From NCBI GenBank assembly GCA_963750945.1, contig CAVVSH010000015.1, positions 357,296 to 421,295 of the forward strand: 64,000 bases of DNA, written 5' to 3'. The notes beneath the pieces were generated by a model. The model worked only from the letters and a program-made list of their open reading frames with translations. It was not told where the DNA came from and made no database searches. The DNA comes from an uncultured Actinomycetota bacterium. GTDB lineage: Bacteria; Actinomycetota; UBA4738; HRBIN12. This document shows positions 8,930 through 19,157 of the stretch, piece after piece; the stretch's first letter is position 1, and each line of letters opens with the position of its first letter. The position numbers and the translations under genes are program-made.

Positions 8930-10302
8930 CGAAGCGGATCTCACGCGAGGGTGGCAACGACGAGCGCGGCGCGACCGCCGTCATCGTGACGCTCAGCCTC
9001 ATCGCACTTCTCGGCATGATCATCTTGACCGTCGACGTGGGCCAGCTGCTCTACAAGCGCCGCGCGATGGTGAACGCATCAGACGCCGCCGCGCTCGCCG
9101 CCGCTCAGTCCTGCGCGGGGCTGGCGGATTCCGACGATCCCAATTCGATGGCGAACACCTTCGCGGTAGAGAACGTGAGCGTCGCCACGGGCGGGATCAC
9201 CGAGATGGTGGGATGCGACGGCCCGCCGTTCGGGCACGTCACCGTCGAGTACGGCATGGAGCAGGGACTCTTCTTCGCGGGGGTGCTCGGTTTCGACGGC
9301 CCGGCGGCCGTGAGAACCGAGGCCACCGCCGGTTGGGGGCCGACCGGTTCCGCCAACCCACTCCCGATCGTGGTCTACACGGGTCAGGAACAAGGCAACT
9401 GCGACATCCAGGAGGGGACCCCACCCGGGACCCCCTGCTACATGTGGTACGACAACGACCTCTTCAACAACTCCTCCTTCGGCTTCTTGAACCTCTGCAC
9501 CGCGACGGATCCGTGCCAGCAGGGGTGGGGCGTCGGCCAGACCGACAGCTGCCCGAACGTCGGGGCGAGTCTCCGCGACGATTGGATCGAGGGGAACTGG
9601 ACCGGCGGCCCGAACGAGGTCGAGCCCCCGTTCTCATACGTCTGTCGGGTGAGCGGTGTCTCGGAGACGAACTGGTCGACGCTCGAGGGTCGTGAGATCC
9701 CGGGTGATCCCACCGGGCACGTCTTCGGCGAGGAGGACAACGCCGACCTGATCTTCCCCGTAAACGACTGCACGCACCAGGTGCTGACGGACGGGACGGT
9801 CGGCTGCAGCACGACGCTGTCACCGGAGAAGTACGCGATCGTGGGGTTCATCGTGCTGCACCTCGAGGACGTGCTCGACAGCGCGGCCGAGTGGGGCGGC
9901 AGCTCGATCAGGTCCTGCGACGTTCGCCGCGACATGGCACATAATCAGGTCGTTCCGCTCTCGAGCCTCGGTCCCTCTGGCCAGTGCCCCACCTCGACGC
10001 CGTCCGGGGTCGAGGACTTCATGCTCAATGGACAGACGTCGAGCCCGAACTGGACGTACGACGACCTGAACAAGTCCTTCACGTGGACCGGTCCTGCCAC
10101 TCCGAGGGTGGACATCGACTTCGACTGGTGGCTCGACGGCGAATGCGGTCAGCCTCCCAACAACTCGAGCGCCGTCTGCCTGAAGGTCACGACGGTCGAG
10201 GTTCGGTTCGGTGGACAGGGCATCTGTCCGGAATGCGCGGACTACGGTCTTCGGGGTGTCCGATTGTGCGACACGGTGATCGGGAGTTGCCCGGAAGAAT
10301 GA
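8920..10302 (+). CDS. tadG: TadG-like minor or tip pilin with Cys-rich extracellular region
   Basis: DERG/ATAVIVTLSLIALLGMIILTVDVG...NASDAAALAAA Tad N-terminus; 18 Cys counted. Confidence 0.85.
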   Translation: MRVTKRISREGGNDERGATAVIVTLSLIALLGMIILTVDVGQLLYKRRAMVNASDAAALAAAQSCAGLADSDDPNSMANTFAVENVSVATGGITEMVGCDGPPFGHVTVEYGMEQGLFFAGVLGFDGPAAVRTEATAGWGPTGSANPLPIVVYTGQEQGNCDIQEGTPPGTPCYMWYDNDLFNNSSFGFLNLCTATDPCQQGWGVGQTDSCPNVGASLRDDWIEGNWTGGPNEVEPPFSYVCRVSGVSETNWSTLEGREIPGDPTGHVFGEEDNADLIFPVNDCTHQVLTDGTVGCSTTLSPEKYAIVGFIVLHLEDVLDSAAEWGGSSIRSCDVRRDMAHNQVVPLSSLGPSGQCPTSTPSGVEDFMLNGQTSSPNWTYDDLNKSFTWTGPATPRVDIDFDWWLDGECGQPPNNSSAVCLKVTTVEVRFGGQGICPECADYGLRGVRLCDTVIGSCPEE

Positions 10303-10316
10303 ACTGAGCCAATGAC

Positions 10317-10344
10317 TGAAGCCGGCGGGGGGCACGGCCGATAG
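10317..10344 (+). promoter_or_regulatory. sigma28/FliA/WhiG-type promoter upstream of cpaB
   Basis: TGAA-N16-GCCGATAG, against consensus TAAA-N15/16-GCCGATAA, in the tadG-cpaB gap. Confidence 0.55.
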
Positions 10345-10379
10345 AAGAACTCTGAGGATGGGCTGAAAGGAGCAAGAGG

Positions 10380-11174
10380 ATGAGGTCACGGGGTCTGGTG
10401 GTTGCGATCGCTGTCGTGCTCGCTGTTGCGGCGGCGGCGGCTGTGATCCTTTACACGCAAGGGGTCAAGACAGAGGCGGAGCAGGGTGGCAGCCTTCAGA
10501 CGGTCATCGTTTCGTCGCAGGAGATCCGGGCCAACGAGCCGCTAAGTCCGCTCGTCGCCCAGGACATCTTCAAACAGGTCCAAGTCCCGCAGGAAGCACT
10601 GGTTTCGGACGCCGTGACGGACATCCGGCAGCTCGAGGATGCGACCACGACCTCGACGATCTACGCGAACGAGCAGATCCCGATCTCTCGCCTCTCGACC
10701 GGCCCTCGGCCGAACGAGCTGGGCATCACCGAGGGTCACATCGGTCTCGCGGTCGAGCTCGATGCTCCACAGGGCGGTACCGGCAACGTGCAGCCCGGGG
10801 ACAACATCTCGGTCTTCGCCACGTACCAGAACGTCCAGGCGCTCGCCGGGCTCACACGGGAGTCGGTCAACAACCCCAACGCGGCCAACACGGGCCGCAA
10901 GGTTGATCTCCCCGACTTCACCGTGACCCTGATCCCGACCGTCAAGGTCCTCCGGATCCAGAACCCCGAGGTCGACACCGAGACCGGTCAGCAGAACGAC
11001 AGCGACCGGATCCGGATCACGCTCGATCTCCTTCCGCAGGACGCGCAGAACCTCGTGTTCGCACAGGAGAACGGACTGGTGTGGCTGGGCCTGCTGCCGC
11101 CCGACGAAGAGGGCACGCAGCCGAACGCCTCCACCGTTCCGCTGGACCTGCTGATCGGAGCGAGATTGGGATGA
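10380..11174 (+). CDS. cpaB: Flp pilus assembly protein CpaB/RcpC (SAF domain)
   Basis: N-terminal TM, VIVSSQEIRAN SAF-like region, GNVQPGDNISV, TLIPTVKVLRI, ITLDLLPQDAQNLVFAQENGLVWLGL. Confidence 0.9.
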   Translation: MRSRGLVVAIAVVLAVAAAAAVILYTQGVKTEAEQGGSLQTVIVSSQEIRANEPLSPLVAQDIFKQVQVPQEALVSDAVTDIRQLEDATTTSTIYANEQIPISRLSTGPRPNELGITEGHIGLAVELDAPQGGTGNVQPGDNISVFATYQNVQALAGLTRESVNNPNAANTGRKVDLPDFTVTLIPTVKVLRIQNPEVDTETGQQNDSDRIRITLDLLPQDAQNLVFAQENGLVWLGLLPPDEEGTQPNASTVPLDLLIGARLG

Positions 11175-12391
11175 CTGACGCGAGCGTCGTCGCCGTCGGG
11201 ACGCCGCAGTCGTTCCGTCAACAGCTCGCCAGGGCCATCGAGATGGGCCCGGACGAGGTGGGTTGGGTGCAGTCTGCCACGGCTGCCGAGGAGTTGTTGA
11301 TCAACGCCTTCCAGCCCATCGACGTCCTGGTCCTCTCGCCCGAGGTCAAGGAGCCCGACGCACTCGGCCTGGCCGAGTTCGTCGGGCGCCAGGCCCCCGG
11401 CACGGCCATGGTGCTGGTCCGCGATCACACGTGGAACGGGCTGTTGCCGGCGGCCATGCGCGCAGGTATCCGCGACGTCGTCGACATGACCCAGGGGACG
11501 GAGGAGCTCCGCGACGCCGTGGAGCGCGCCATCGTCTGGGCATCCAACCTGCGTTCGGTGAACGTCACCCAGACCGACGGTCAGCCTCTTACGAGAGGGC
11601 GGATCCTTTCGGTCTTCTCCTCCAAAGGTGGGACCGGGAAGACGTTCCTGACTTCGAACCTCGCGACCTCGATCTCCGAGGTCACCGGCCAGGACACGGC
11701 GGTCGTCGACCTCGACATCGACATGGGCGACGTGTTCACGTATTTCGGCCGGGAGCCATCGGCCACCATCCAGGACCTGATGGAACTGGGTGAAGGGGCG
11801 GAGCGCTCCCGCATCAAGGCCGTGGGTGTCCAGCTCGCGGAGCACCTGTGGGGGTTCGGCGCGCCGCCGGATCCCGCCGCGGAAGCTCCCGCCGGTGAGG
11901 CCATCGGGAAGTTCCTCCGGGCGCTGCGGAACGAGTTCACCTGGGTCGTCGTGGACGCCTCGGTCGACTACTCGGACTCCGCGCTCGTGTGCTTCGATCT
12001 CTCCGACGCGATCTGCCTCGTCACAGGCCTCGACGTCGTCGGTGTGAAGCACCTGTCCAAGTCACTCGACACGCTGCTCACGATCGGTCTACCGCGCGAG
12101 CGGTTCCGCGTGGTGCTCAACCGCGCGGACTCCAAGGTCGGCCTCGACGCCTCCGACGTGGAGCGCGTCATGAAGATCAACGTCGACGCGATGATCCCCT
12201 CGAGCCGGCTCGTGCCGACGTCGCTGAACAAGGGTCGTCCGGTCGTGCTGGACGAGCCCAACTCCGAGGTCGCGCAGGCGGTTCGGCAACTCGCTATGCG
12301 GTTCGCCGGCCAGGCCGAGATGGTCGCCGCCGGTGAGGCCGGGATCGACACGTCCAACAAGAAGAAGCGGAAGCTGTTCGCCCGAAGCTGA
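11171..12391 (+). CDS. cpaE: CpaE/TadZ (pseudo-receiver plus ParA/MinD ATPase)
   Basis: Deviant Walker A SSKGGTGKT, VVDLDIDMGD, VVLNRADS. Starts at ATG 11171, overlapping the cpaB stop. Confidence 0.92.
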   Translation: MTDASVVAVGTPQSFRQQLARAIEMGPDEVGWVQSATAAEELLINAFQPIDVLVLSPEVKEPDALGLAEFVGRQAPGTAMVLVRDHTWNGLLPAAMRAGIRDVVDMTQGTEELRDAVERAIVWASNLRSVNVTQTDGQPLTRGRILSVFSSKGGTGKTFLTSNLATSISEVTGQDTAVVDLDIDMGDVFTYFGREPSATIQDLMELGEGAERSRIKAVGVQLAEHLWGFGAPPDPAAEAPAGEAIGKFLRALRNEFTWVVVDASVDYSDSALVCFDLSDAICLVTGLDVVGVKHLSKSLDTLLTIGLPRERFRVVLNRADSKVGLDASDVERVMKINVDAMIPSSRLVPTSLNKGRPVVLDEPNSEVAQAVRQLAMRFAGQAEMVAAGEAGIDTSNKKKRKLFARS

Positions 12392-12420
12392 GAATGAGAA
12401 GAAGGTAGAGGAGGCACCCC

Positions 12421-13737
12421 ATGTCCCTGGCAGACAGGCTGCAGAAGGCCCAACAGAAGGACCGGATCGCCGAGGTCCGGACCCGGGTGCAAGAGCGCCT
12501 GGTCGAGAGCCTCGGGCCCCGCCTGTACGACGCGACCCTCTCCGACACCGAGCTCGAGGGCATGGTGCACCAGCGCCTGCGCGAGCTCCTCGACGAGGAA
12601 GAGGGCCCGCTCGCCGCGCAGGAGAAGCTTCTCATCGTTCGCCAGATCGGCGACAGCGTCCTCGGTCTGGGGCCGCTCGAGCCTTACATCCGCGACCCGG
12701 AGGTCACCGAAGTCATGGTGAACAACTGGGACACGATCTACGTGGAGCGTTCGGGCAAGCTGTACTGGACCGGGACGAAGTTCCACGACGAAGGCCAGCT
12801 CCGTCGCACGATCGACAAGATCGTCGCGAAGGTCGGCCGGCGAGTCGACGAGGCGAGTCCGATGGTGGACGCGCGCCTCCCCGATGGATCGCGTGTCAAC
12901 GCGATCATCCCGCCGCTCGCGATCGACGGTCCCACGCTCACGATCCGTAAGTTCGCCGCCGACCCGTACCAGGCGGACGACCTGGTGGAGTTCGGCACGA
13001 TGAGCTCCGCGACGTCGAAGTTCCTCGAAGCCTGCGTGCGCGGCCGCATCAACATCATGGTCGCGGGCGGAACGGGTGCCGGGAAGACGACGACGCTGAA
13101 CGTCATCTCGTCTTTCATCCCCGACGACGAGCGGATCGTCACGATCGAGGACGCCGCGGAGCTGAAGCTCCAGCAGCCTCACGTCGTCCGTCTCGAGTCC
13201 CGGCCACCGAACATCGAAGGGAAGGGCCAGGTCTCGATCCGCGACCTCGTGAGGAACTCGCTGCGTATGCGGCCCGACCGGATCGTGGTCGGAGAGGTCC
13301 GTGGGCCCGAGGCCCTGGACATGCTCCAGGCCATGAACACGGGTCACGACGGCTCGATCTCCACGATCCACTGCAACTCGCCTCGCGACGCGCTCTCGCG
13401 TCTCGAGACGATCACGATGATGGCGGGGATGGACCTCGGCTCTCGTGCGATCCGTGAGCAGATCTCATCCGCGATCCAGCTGATCGTGTACCAACAGCGC
13501 CTGAAGGACGGGACGCGTCGCTTCACGCACGTGACGGAGGTCGCCGGGATGGAGGGTGAAGTCATCACCCTCCAGGACATCTTCCTGTTCGACTTCTCGG
13601 CCGGCATGGACGACGAGGGCCGGTTCCGGGGACGCCTCAAGTCCACGGGGCTTCGGCCGAAGTTCCTCGACAAGCTCCAGGAGCGAGGCATCAGCATCGA
13701 CGCGGACCTCTTCGCGATGGAACAGAAGGGTCGGTAG
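12421..13737 (+). CDS. cpaF: CpaF/TadA pilus assembly ATPase
   Basis: [62 protein letters not shown]. Confidence 0.97.
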   Translation: MSLADRLQKAQQKDRIAEVRTRVQERLVESLGPRLYDATLSDTELEGMVHQRLRELLDEEEGPLAAQEKLLIVRQIGDSVLGLGPLEPYIRDPEVTEVMVNNWDTIYVERSGKLYWTGTKFHDEGQLRRTIDKIVAKVGRRVDEASPMVDARLPDGSRVNAIIPPLAIDGPTLTIRKFAADPYQADDLVEFGTMSSATSKFLEACVRGRINIMVAGGTGAGKTTTLNVISSFIPDDERIVTIEDAAELKLQQPHVVRLESRPPNIEGKGQVSIRDLVRNSLRMRPDRIVVGEVRGPEALDMLQAMNTGHDGSISTIHCNSPRDALSRLETITMMAGMDLGSRAIREQISSAIQLIVYQQRLKDGTRRFTHVTEVAGMEGEVITLQDIFLFDFSAGMDDEGRFRGRLKSTGLRPKFLDKLQERGISIDADLFAMEQKGR

Positions 13738-14745
13738 ATGCTGGCGGCAGAGAACTTCTTCTCGAGCCAGGCGATGCTGGCCGTCGTCGTCGCCCTCGTG
13801 GCGCTGGCGGCCTTCGCGCTGGGGTGGCTCTTGCTCGGGACCGCCGCGCGGGTGAAGGCGGATCGCGACATGGCCGCTCGGATGGCGGCGATCGGACGCC
13901 CGGTCCCGCAGTCCACTGCGTCGCCGGTCGGCAAGGCCGGCAGCGGGTGGATCCCCGAGAGTGTGTCGGCGTTCGGCGAGCGCTTCGCCCAGTCCCAGGG
14001 CTTCAGCGAGAAGCTGGATGCTCGGCTCGAGGCCGCGGGTGTGAGCCTACGGTCGGGCGAGTTCGTGGTCGCCACGGTGGGCGCCGGGCTCCTCGGCGGC
14101 GTGCTGGGTGCGGCCGTCTTCGTGAAGCCGATCCTCGCCGGTGTGTTCGGTCTCTTGGGTCTGGCGCTTCCCACGCTCGTCCTGCGGATGTCGCTCAATC
14201 GCAGGGGCGACAAGCTTCGGGAGCAGTTGCCGGACGTGCTCACGATCATGGCGTCCTCGCTGCGCGCAGGGCACTCGTTCCTCCAGGCGCTCGACACCAC
14301 GGCGCGTGAGATCTCTGCGCCCGCCAACGTGGAGTTCCAGCGGCTCGTCTCGGAGATCCGGCTCGGCCGTCCGGCCGAGGAGGCCCTCGAGGCGCTCGCC
14401 GACCGGGTCGGGAGCCCCGACTTCCGATGGGCGGTCCTCGCGGTGAACATCCAGCGTGAGGTCGGCGGGAACCTCGCCGAGATCCTCGACAACGTGTCCG
14501 ACACGCTCCGTGAGCGCGCGACGATGCGCCGTCAGATCCAGGTCCTTACCGCTGAGGGTCGGTTGTCCGCGTGGGTCCTCGCGCTCTTGCCGTTCGCGAT
14601 CGGGATCTACATGTTCGCGGTGAACCCGGAGTACATCTCCTTGCTCGTCACGACGCAGATCGGTCTGTTCATGCTGGGTGTGGCTGGGGTCCTGATGGTG
14701 CTTGGGATCCTCTGGATGAGGAAGATCGTGGATATCGATGTCTGA
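13738..14745 (+). CDS. tadB: TadB (T2SS-F family) platform protein
   Basis: EQLPDVLTIMASSLRAGHSF, IQREVGGNLAEILD, LTAEGRLSAWVL. Confidence 0.95.
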   Translation: MLAAENFFSSQAMLAVVVALVALAAFALGWLLLGTAARVKADRDMAARMAAIGRPVPQSTASPVGKAGSGWIPESVSAFGERFAQSQGFSEKLDARLEAAGVSLRSGEFVVATVGAGLLGGVLGAAVFVKPILAGVFGLLGLALPTLVLRMSLNRRGDKLREQLPDVLTIMASSLRAGHSFLQALDTTAREISAPANVEFQRLVSEIRLGRPAEEALEALADRVGSPDFRWAVLAVNIQREVGGNLAEILDNVSDTLRERATMRRQIQVLTAEGRLSAWVLALLPFAIGIYMFAVNPEYISLLVTTQIGLFMLGVAGVLMVLGILWMRKIVDIDV

Positions 14746-15682
14746 CATCTGGTTGGTCCTTGCCATCGGATGCGTCTTCGGCGCCATCCTCCTGCTCGGG
14801 ATCTTCATCGACCTGAGTCAGTCGGAGCGTCGTCGCGCGGTCCGACTGCTCGAGTCCCAGGTCGCCGGCACGACGAGCGAGAACGTGAACCTGCGGGAGC
14901 AGCACCTCTCGGAGAGCTTCGGACGACGGATCGTCGTGCCCGTCGTCGCCGGAGCGGCGAAGGTCGCTCGACGGGTCACGCCGATCGATGCTCGCGACCG
15001 CGTCGCCCACAAGCTCCTGCTCGCTGGGAGCCCGAGTGGATGGGACGCCGAGCGCTTGCTCGCGTTCAAGATCATCGGGCTGGGCGGCGGCATCGTGCTC
15101 GGCTTCTTCGTGACGACCCTCGTCGGTGACATCGCTCCGTTCATCCGGATCGTGATGATCGGTCTCCTGGCGTTCGTGGGCTTCATGGTTCCCGACTCGA
15201 TGCTGAACCGCCGTGTCGAAGAGCGTCAGAAGGAGATCCTCAGGACGCTCTCGGACACCCTCGACCTCCTGACGATCAGCGTGGAAGCGGGCCTGTCGCT
15301 GAACGCCGCGATCGCGCAGGTCGTGCAGAACGTGCCGGGTGTCCTGTCCTCCGAGTTCGCTCGCATGCTGCAGGAGATCCAGCTGGGCGTGCCGCGCGCC
15401 GACGCCTTCCGGAACCTCGCCGAGCGAACCGACGTGGACGAGCTCAATGCCTTCGCCCTCGCGATGATCCAGGCCGACGTCTTCGGTGTCTCGATCGCCA
15501 GCGTGCTCCGAACCCAGGCGCAGCAGCTGCGGATCAAGCGCCGGCAGCGCGCCGAGGGGAAGGCGCAGCAGACCCCCGTCAAGATCGTGTTCCCGCTGAT
15601 CCTGTGCATCCTGCCGGCCCTGTTCGTGGTCATCGTCGGGCCCGGCGCGATCCGGATCTTCGAGTCCTTCGTCACGACGTGA
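14738..15682 (+). CDS. tadC: TadC (T2SS-F family) platform protein
   Basis: LDLLTISVEAGLSL, ADVFGVSIASVLR, KAQQTPVKIVFPLILCILPALFVVIVGP. Confidence 0.95.
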   Translation: MSDIWLVLAIGCVFGAILLLGIFIDLSQSERRRAVRLLESQVAGTTSENVNLREQHLSESFGRRIVVPVVAGAAKVARRVTPIDARDRVAHKLLLAGSPSGWDAERLLAFKIIGLGGGIVLGFFVTTLVGDIAPFIRIVMIGLLAFVGFMVPDSMLNRRVEERQKEILRTLSDTLDLLTISVEAGLSLNAAIAQVVQNVPGVLSSEFARMLQEIQLGVPRADAFRNLAERTDVDELNAFALAMIQADVFGVSIASVLRTQAQQLRIKRRQRAEGKAQQTPVKIVFPLILCILPALFVVIVGPGAIRIFESFVTT

Positions 15683-15718
15683 TCGGGTCGCGCCCGCCGA
15701 AGGCGGGCGCGACCCGAT
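15682..15718 (+). terminator. Perfect 17-bp hairpin ending the tad operon
   Basis: ATCGGGTCGCGCCCGCC-GAA-GGCGGGCGCGACCCGAT. Confidence 0.8.
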
Positions 15719-15731
15719 AGCCTCCCGCGCC

Positions 15732-16553
15732 ATGAAGGTCGCGTATCAGGGTGAGCCGGGCGCCTACAGCGAGCGCGCCGTCCGATCGCTCTTCACCGAC
15801 GCCCAGCCACTTCCCTGCGACACCGTCCGGCATGCGTTCTCCCGCGTGACGAGCGGCGAGGCCACCTTCGGCGTCGTGCCGCTGGAGAACTCGCAGGCGG
15901 GGTCCGTGAACGAGACGTACGAGCTGCTGTCCAACACCAGCCTGCTCCGCATCGTCGGCGAGTCGATCGTGCGCGTCGACCACGCCTTGCTCGGCGTGCC
16001 CGGCGCGCGCTTGGAAGACGTCCGCAGGGCCCACTCGCACTGGCAGGCCCTCGCGCAATGCGAGGACTTCCTCTCCTCCATGCACATCGAGCCGGTGCCC
16101 GAGCACGACACGGCCGGCGCGGCTCGGAAGGTCGCCGAGGTGGGGGATCCGGCGGACGGCGCGATCGCGAGCGTCGACGCGGCGGGACTCGCTGGACTCA
16201 TCGTGCTCGCGGAGCGGATCCAGACCGAGAAGGAGAACTTCACGAAGTTCGCGGTCGTCGGTTCGACCGACCCCGGATTCGGTGCCGCGGACAAGACGTC
16301 GATCGTGATGGCCGTGCTGGATGAGCCCGGCTCCCTCCTGGGGGCGCTTGAGCCGTTCGCCACCCGGGGCATCAACCTCCACAAGATCGAGTCCCGGCCG
16401 CGGCGCGGCGCCGCGTTCGAGTACCTGATGTACGTGGACTTCATGGCGCCGGCGGAGGCCCCGGGGGTCGAGGACGCCCTCGAGGAGGTCCGGAAGCACA
16501 CCTCGTTGTTGAAGGTCCTGGGCTCGTACCGCTCCGCGGGCGACCCGGTCTGA
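15732..16553 (+). CDS. pheA: Prephenate dehydratase
   Basis: VAYQGEPGAYSE, GVVPLENSQAGSV, SHWQALAQC, ENFTKF, ACT domain INLHKIESRP. Confidence 0.95.
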   Translation: MKVAYQGEPGAYSERAVRSLFTDAQPLPCDTVRHAFSRVTSGEATFGVVPLENSQAGSVNETYELLSNTSLLRIVGESIVRVDHALLGVPGARLEDVRRAHSHWQALAQCEDFLSSMHIEPVPEHDTAGAARKVAEVGDPADGAIASVDAAGLAGLIVLAERIQTEKENFTKFAVVGSTDPGFGAADKTSIVMAVLDEPGSLLGALEPFATRGINLHKIESRPRRGAAFEYLMYVDFMAPAEAPGVEDALEEVRKHTSLLKVLGSYRSAGDPV

Positions 16554-16570
16554 CGGCTTAGCATGGCTCG

Positions 16571-18100
16571 ATGGCCGGTGCGAGACGTGTCACACCCTCG
16601 GCATCCGTAGCGCGGCGCTTCCCGGTCCTCCCCGTGATCTCGGGCGCGCTCGTGATCGGCGTGGCCGTCCTCGTGATCGCGTTCATCCTTTCCCGGGTCG
16701 AGGACGAGCAACACCGCGGGGGCCCGCTCCGGAACCCGAATCCACCCGAAGGGGCCGAACCGATCAACACGGCGTTGGAGGGTCTCACCACCTTCCGCGG
16801 CAACGCCGCTCGGACCTACTACGGGGAAGGTCCGGTGCCGCTGGATCCGGTGATCGGATGGCGCGCGCCGACCGAGCGCATGTGCTCCGTGTCCTACGTG
16901 GGGATCGATGCGGACGAGTGGTGCGGCACCGGGTGGACCGGACAGCCCAACGTGGTGGTGGGAGAGGAGGGGACGATCGAGGTCCGTGAGGGCGCGTACG
17001 ACGGCATGTACCACTTCCTCGACGGCACCACGGGACTGCCGGTCCGGCCTCCGCTCCCGACACGCGACCTGGCGAAGGGCTCCGCGACATCCGATCCCGA
17101 CGGGTTCCCGCTCTACTACGCCGGCTCGCGGGACGGCAGGTTCCGGATCGTCGCGACGGACCGACAGGAGCCGCTCGTGTTGTGGTCGATCCAGGGTGCG
17201 ACGAGCGTCGAGCGGCCGCTCCGCAACGACGACTGGGACGCGGCCGCTCTCGTGGTCGACGACGTCTTGTTCCAGGGTGGGGAGAACGGATGGTTGTACG
17301 TGGTCAGGCTGCACCGGAGATACGACCCGCTCGGATTGGTCAAGGTCAAGCCGAGGATCGTCGCAACCGTCCCCGGGTTCGACGACGAGCTGCTCCGGGT
17401 CCTCGGCGACGACGAGGTCTCGATCGAGAACTCGGTCGCCCTCCACGACGGGATCCTCTACTTCGCCAACTCCGGCGGCCTCGTTCAGGGATGGGATGTC
17501 TCCGACGTGCTCGAAGGGGGCACTCGCCTGGAACGCGTGTTCCGGTTCTGGACGGGCGACGACACCGACGCCACGGTCGTGATCGACGGTGCCGGCGACC
17601 TCTACGTGGCCAGCGAGTACCAGCGCTTCGGCGATCGGAGCGACGAGGTGGGCCAGCTCATGAAACTCGACCCTTCGCGGCCGGACGACCCTCTGGTCTG
17701 GTCGATCGACGCTCGGGAGATCGGGTTCGAGGGCGCGGGCGGCAGCTGGTCGACGCCGGCGCTGTACGGCGATCTCGTGTTCTTCACGACCGCCGCGGGC
17801 CGTGTGCTGGCGGTCGAACGGGAGACCGGCGACATCCGCTGGGAGCGGCAGGTGGGGGCGCCCGCGATCGGGTCGCCCGTGGTGGTGGACGGGGTCTTGA
17901 TCCAGGGCGACTGCGCGGGCGACCTCTGGGCTTGGGATGTGTCGGACCCCGATGCCGATCCACTGCTGCTCTGGAAGCTGCACTTCAACGACTGCATCGA
18001 GTCGACGCCGGCGGTCTGGCGTGGGTGGATCTACCTCGGGACCCGCCAGGGGTACCTCTACGGGCTGACGGAACGCCGGAAGCCCGGCCCCGCTTCGTAG
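16571..18100 (+). CDS. Membrane-anchored PQQ-like beta-propeller protein
   Basis: N-terminal TM; TFRGNAART; repeated W-x...S(T/S)PA-V-x-D-G blades (SWSTPALYGDLVF, IGSPVVVDG, IESTPAVWRG). Confidence 0.8.
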   Translation: MAGARRVTPSASVARRFPVLPVISGALVIGVAVLVIAFILSRVEDEQHRGGPLRNPNPPEGAEPINTALEGLTTFRGNAARTYYGEGPVPLDPVIGWRAPTERMCSVSYVGIDADEWCGTGWTGQPNVVVGEEGTIEVREGAYDGMYHFLDGTTGLPVRPPLPTRDLAKGSATSDPDGFPLYYAGSRDGRFRIVATDRQEPLVLWSIQGATSVERPLRNDDWDAAALVVDDVLFQGGENGWLYVVRLHRRYDPLGLVKVKPRIVATVPGFDDELLRVLGDDEVSIENSVALHDGILYFANSGGLVQGWDVSDVLEGGTRLERVFRFWTGDDTDATVVIDGAGDLYVASEYQRFGDRSDEVGQLMKLDPSRPDDPLVWSIDAREIGFEGAGGSWSTPALYGDLVFFTTAAGRVLAVERETGDIRWERQVGAPAIGSPVVVDGVLIQGDCAGDLWAWDVSDPDADPLLLWKLHFNDCIESTPAVWRGWIYLGTRQGYLYGLTERRKPGPAS

Positions 18101-18104
18101 CGGA

Positions 18105-19055
18105 TCACCGCAACAGCGCCGCCGGGTCCTGTTCGATCTGGGCCGTTCGGAAGGCGACCAGCGCGATCGCCACCACGAGGAGTCCCACGAGCCCGACGAC
18201 GGCGAACGCGCGCCGGGACGCCACAGGCCTCGAGGGGTCGACGGCGAAGCCCGCGACCAGCCCCGCGACGAGACCGCCGACGTGCGCCCGCCAGTCGATC
18301 CCGGGGATCGAGAAGCCGATGATCAGGTTGATCACCAGCATGCTCAACGCGCCACGAAGTCGTGCTTGCGCCATCATGTGCTCGCGCCGACGGTAGTTGA
18401 ACGCGATGAAGGCGCCGACGAGACCGAAGATCGCGCCGGAGGCTCCGACCGCGACGATGAAGCCGGGTGCGAACGCGAAGGAGGTCGCGCCCGCGAACAC
18501 GCCAGTGACGAGGAACACCGCGAGGGTCTCGACTCGGCCGATCTGACGCTCGATCTCGTTCCCGAAGATCCACAGGACGTAGGCGTTCAGCGCCAGATGG
18601 ATCAGCCCGGCGTGCAGGAACATCGAACTGAGCAAACGCCACCACTCGCCGCCCACGATCCCCCCGGTCAGGTGTTGCTCGGTACCTCCCGTGAAGGGGA
18701 CGAGGGCGCCCGCGTCGATGAGGTCCTGGTAGCCCGGGCCGTCGAAGAGCGAGCCTGGGCCGCCAGCCACGATGAGCTCCCACACGTACCCGATGCCCAT
18801 CGCGATGAGCAGGACCTTGGTCACGGGGGTGGCTTTCAGGTTGGCCGCCGCGACCTGCCGTCCGGGTCCCTTCCGATACTCCCGCCGGGCCTCCGCCACG
18901 CACTCCGGGCACTGATGGCCGACGGGCGCCGGGATCATGCAATCCGGGCAGATGGGCCGGCCACAGCGCGTGCAATGGACGCCTGTCTCCACATCGGGAT
19001 GGCGATAGCACCGTTCCTGCGTCGGAGGTGGGGGCATCGTGGGCGTCGGGTCCAC
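18105..19055 (-). CDS. Rhomboid intramembrane serine protease with N-terminal B-box-like zinc finger
   Basis: CYRHPDVETGVHCTRCGRPICPDC; WWRLLSSMFLH; HLALN; VGASGAIFG; AHVGG. Confidence 0.95.
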   Translation of the reverse strand: MDPTPTMPPPPTQERCYRHPDVETGVHCTRCGRPICPDCMIPAPVGHQCPECVAEARREYRKGPGRQVAAANLKATPVTKVLLIAMGIGYVWELIVAGGPGSLFDGPGYQDLIDAGALVPFTGGTEQHLTGGIVGGEWWRLLSSMFLHAGLIHLALNAYVLWIFGNEIERQIGRVETLAVFLVTGVFAGATSFAFAPGFIVAVGASGAIFGLVGAFIAFNYRRREHMMAQARLRGALSMLVINLIIGFSIPGIDWRAHVGGLVAGLVAGFAVDPSRPVASRRAFAVVGLVGLLVVAIALVAFRTAQIEQDPAALLR

Positions 19056-19157
19056 GGAGCCAATCGTACGCGTGGGCGGACGGAACGACGCTCAGGTCGG
19101 CACGGGCGTTGGGTGTTCGTGCGGATCGACGGGTGGGCGGTGGACCTCTTCGGAGAC

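Noticed and set aside
8198-15682. Tad locus lacks secretin and prepilin peptidase, so possibly defective
   Set aside because: A secretin is not needed in monoderms, and peptidase genes are often unlinked; all present genes look intact.
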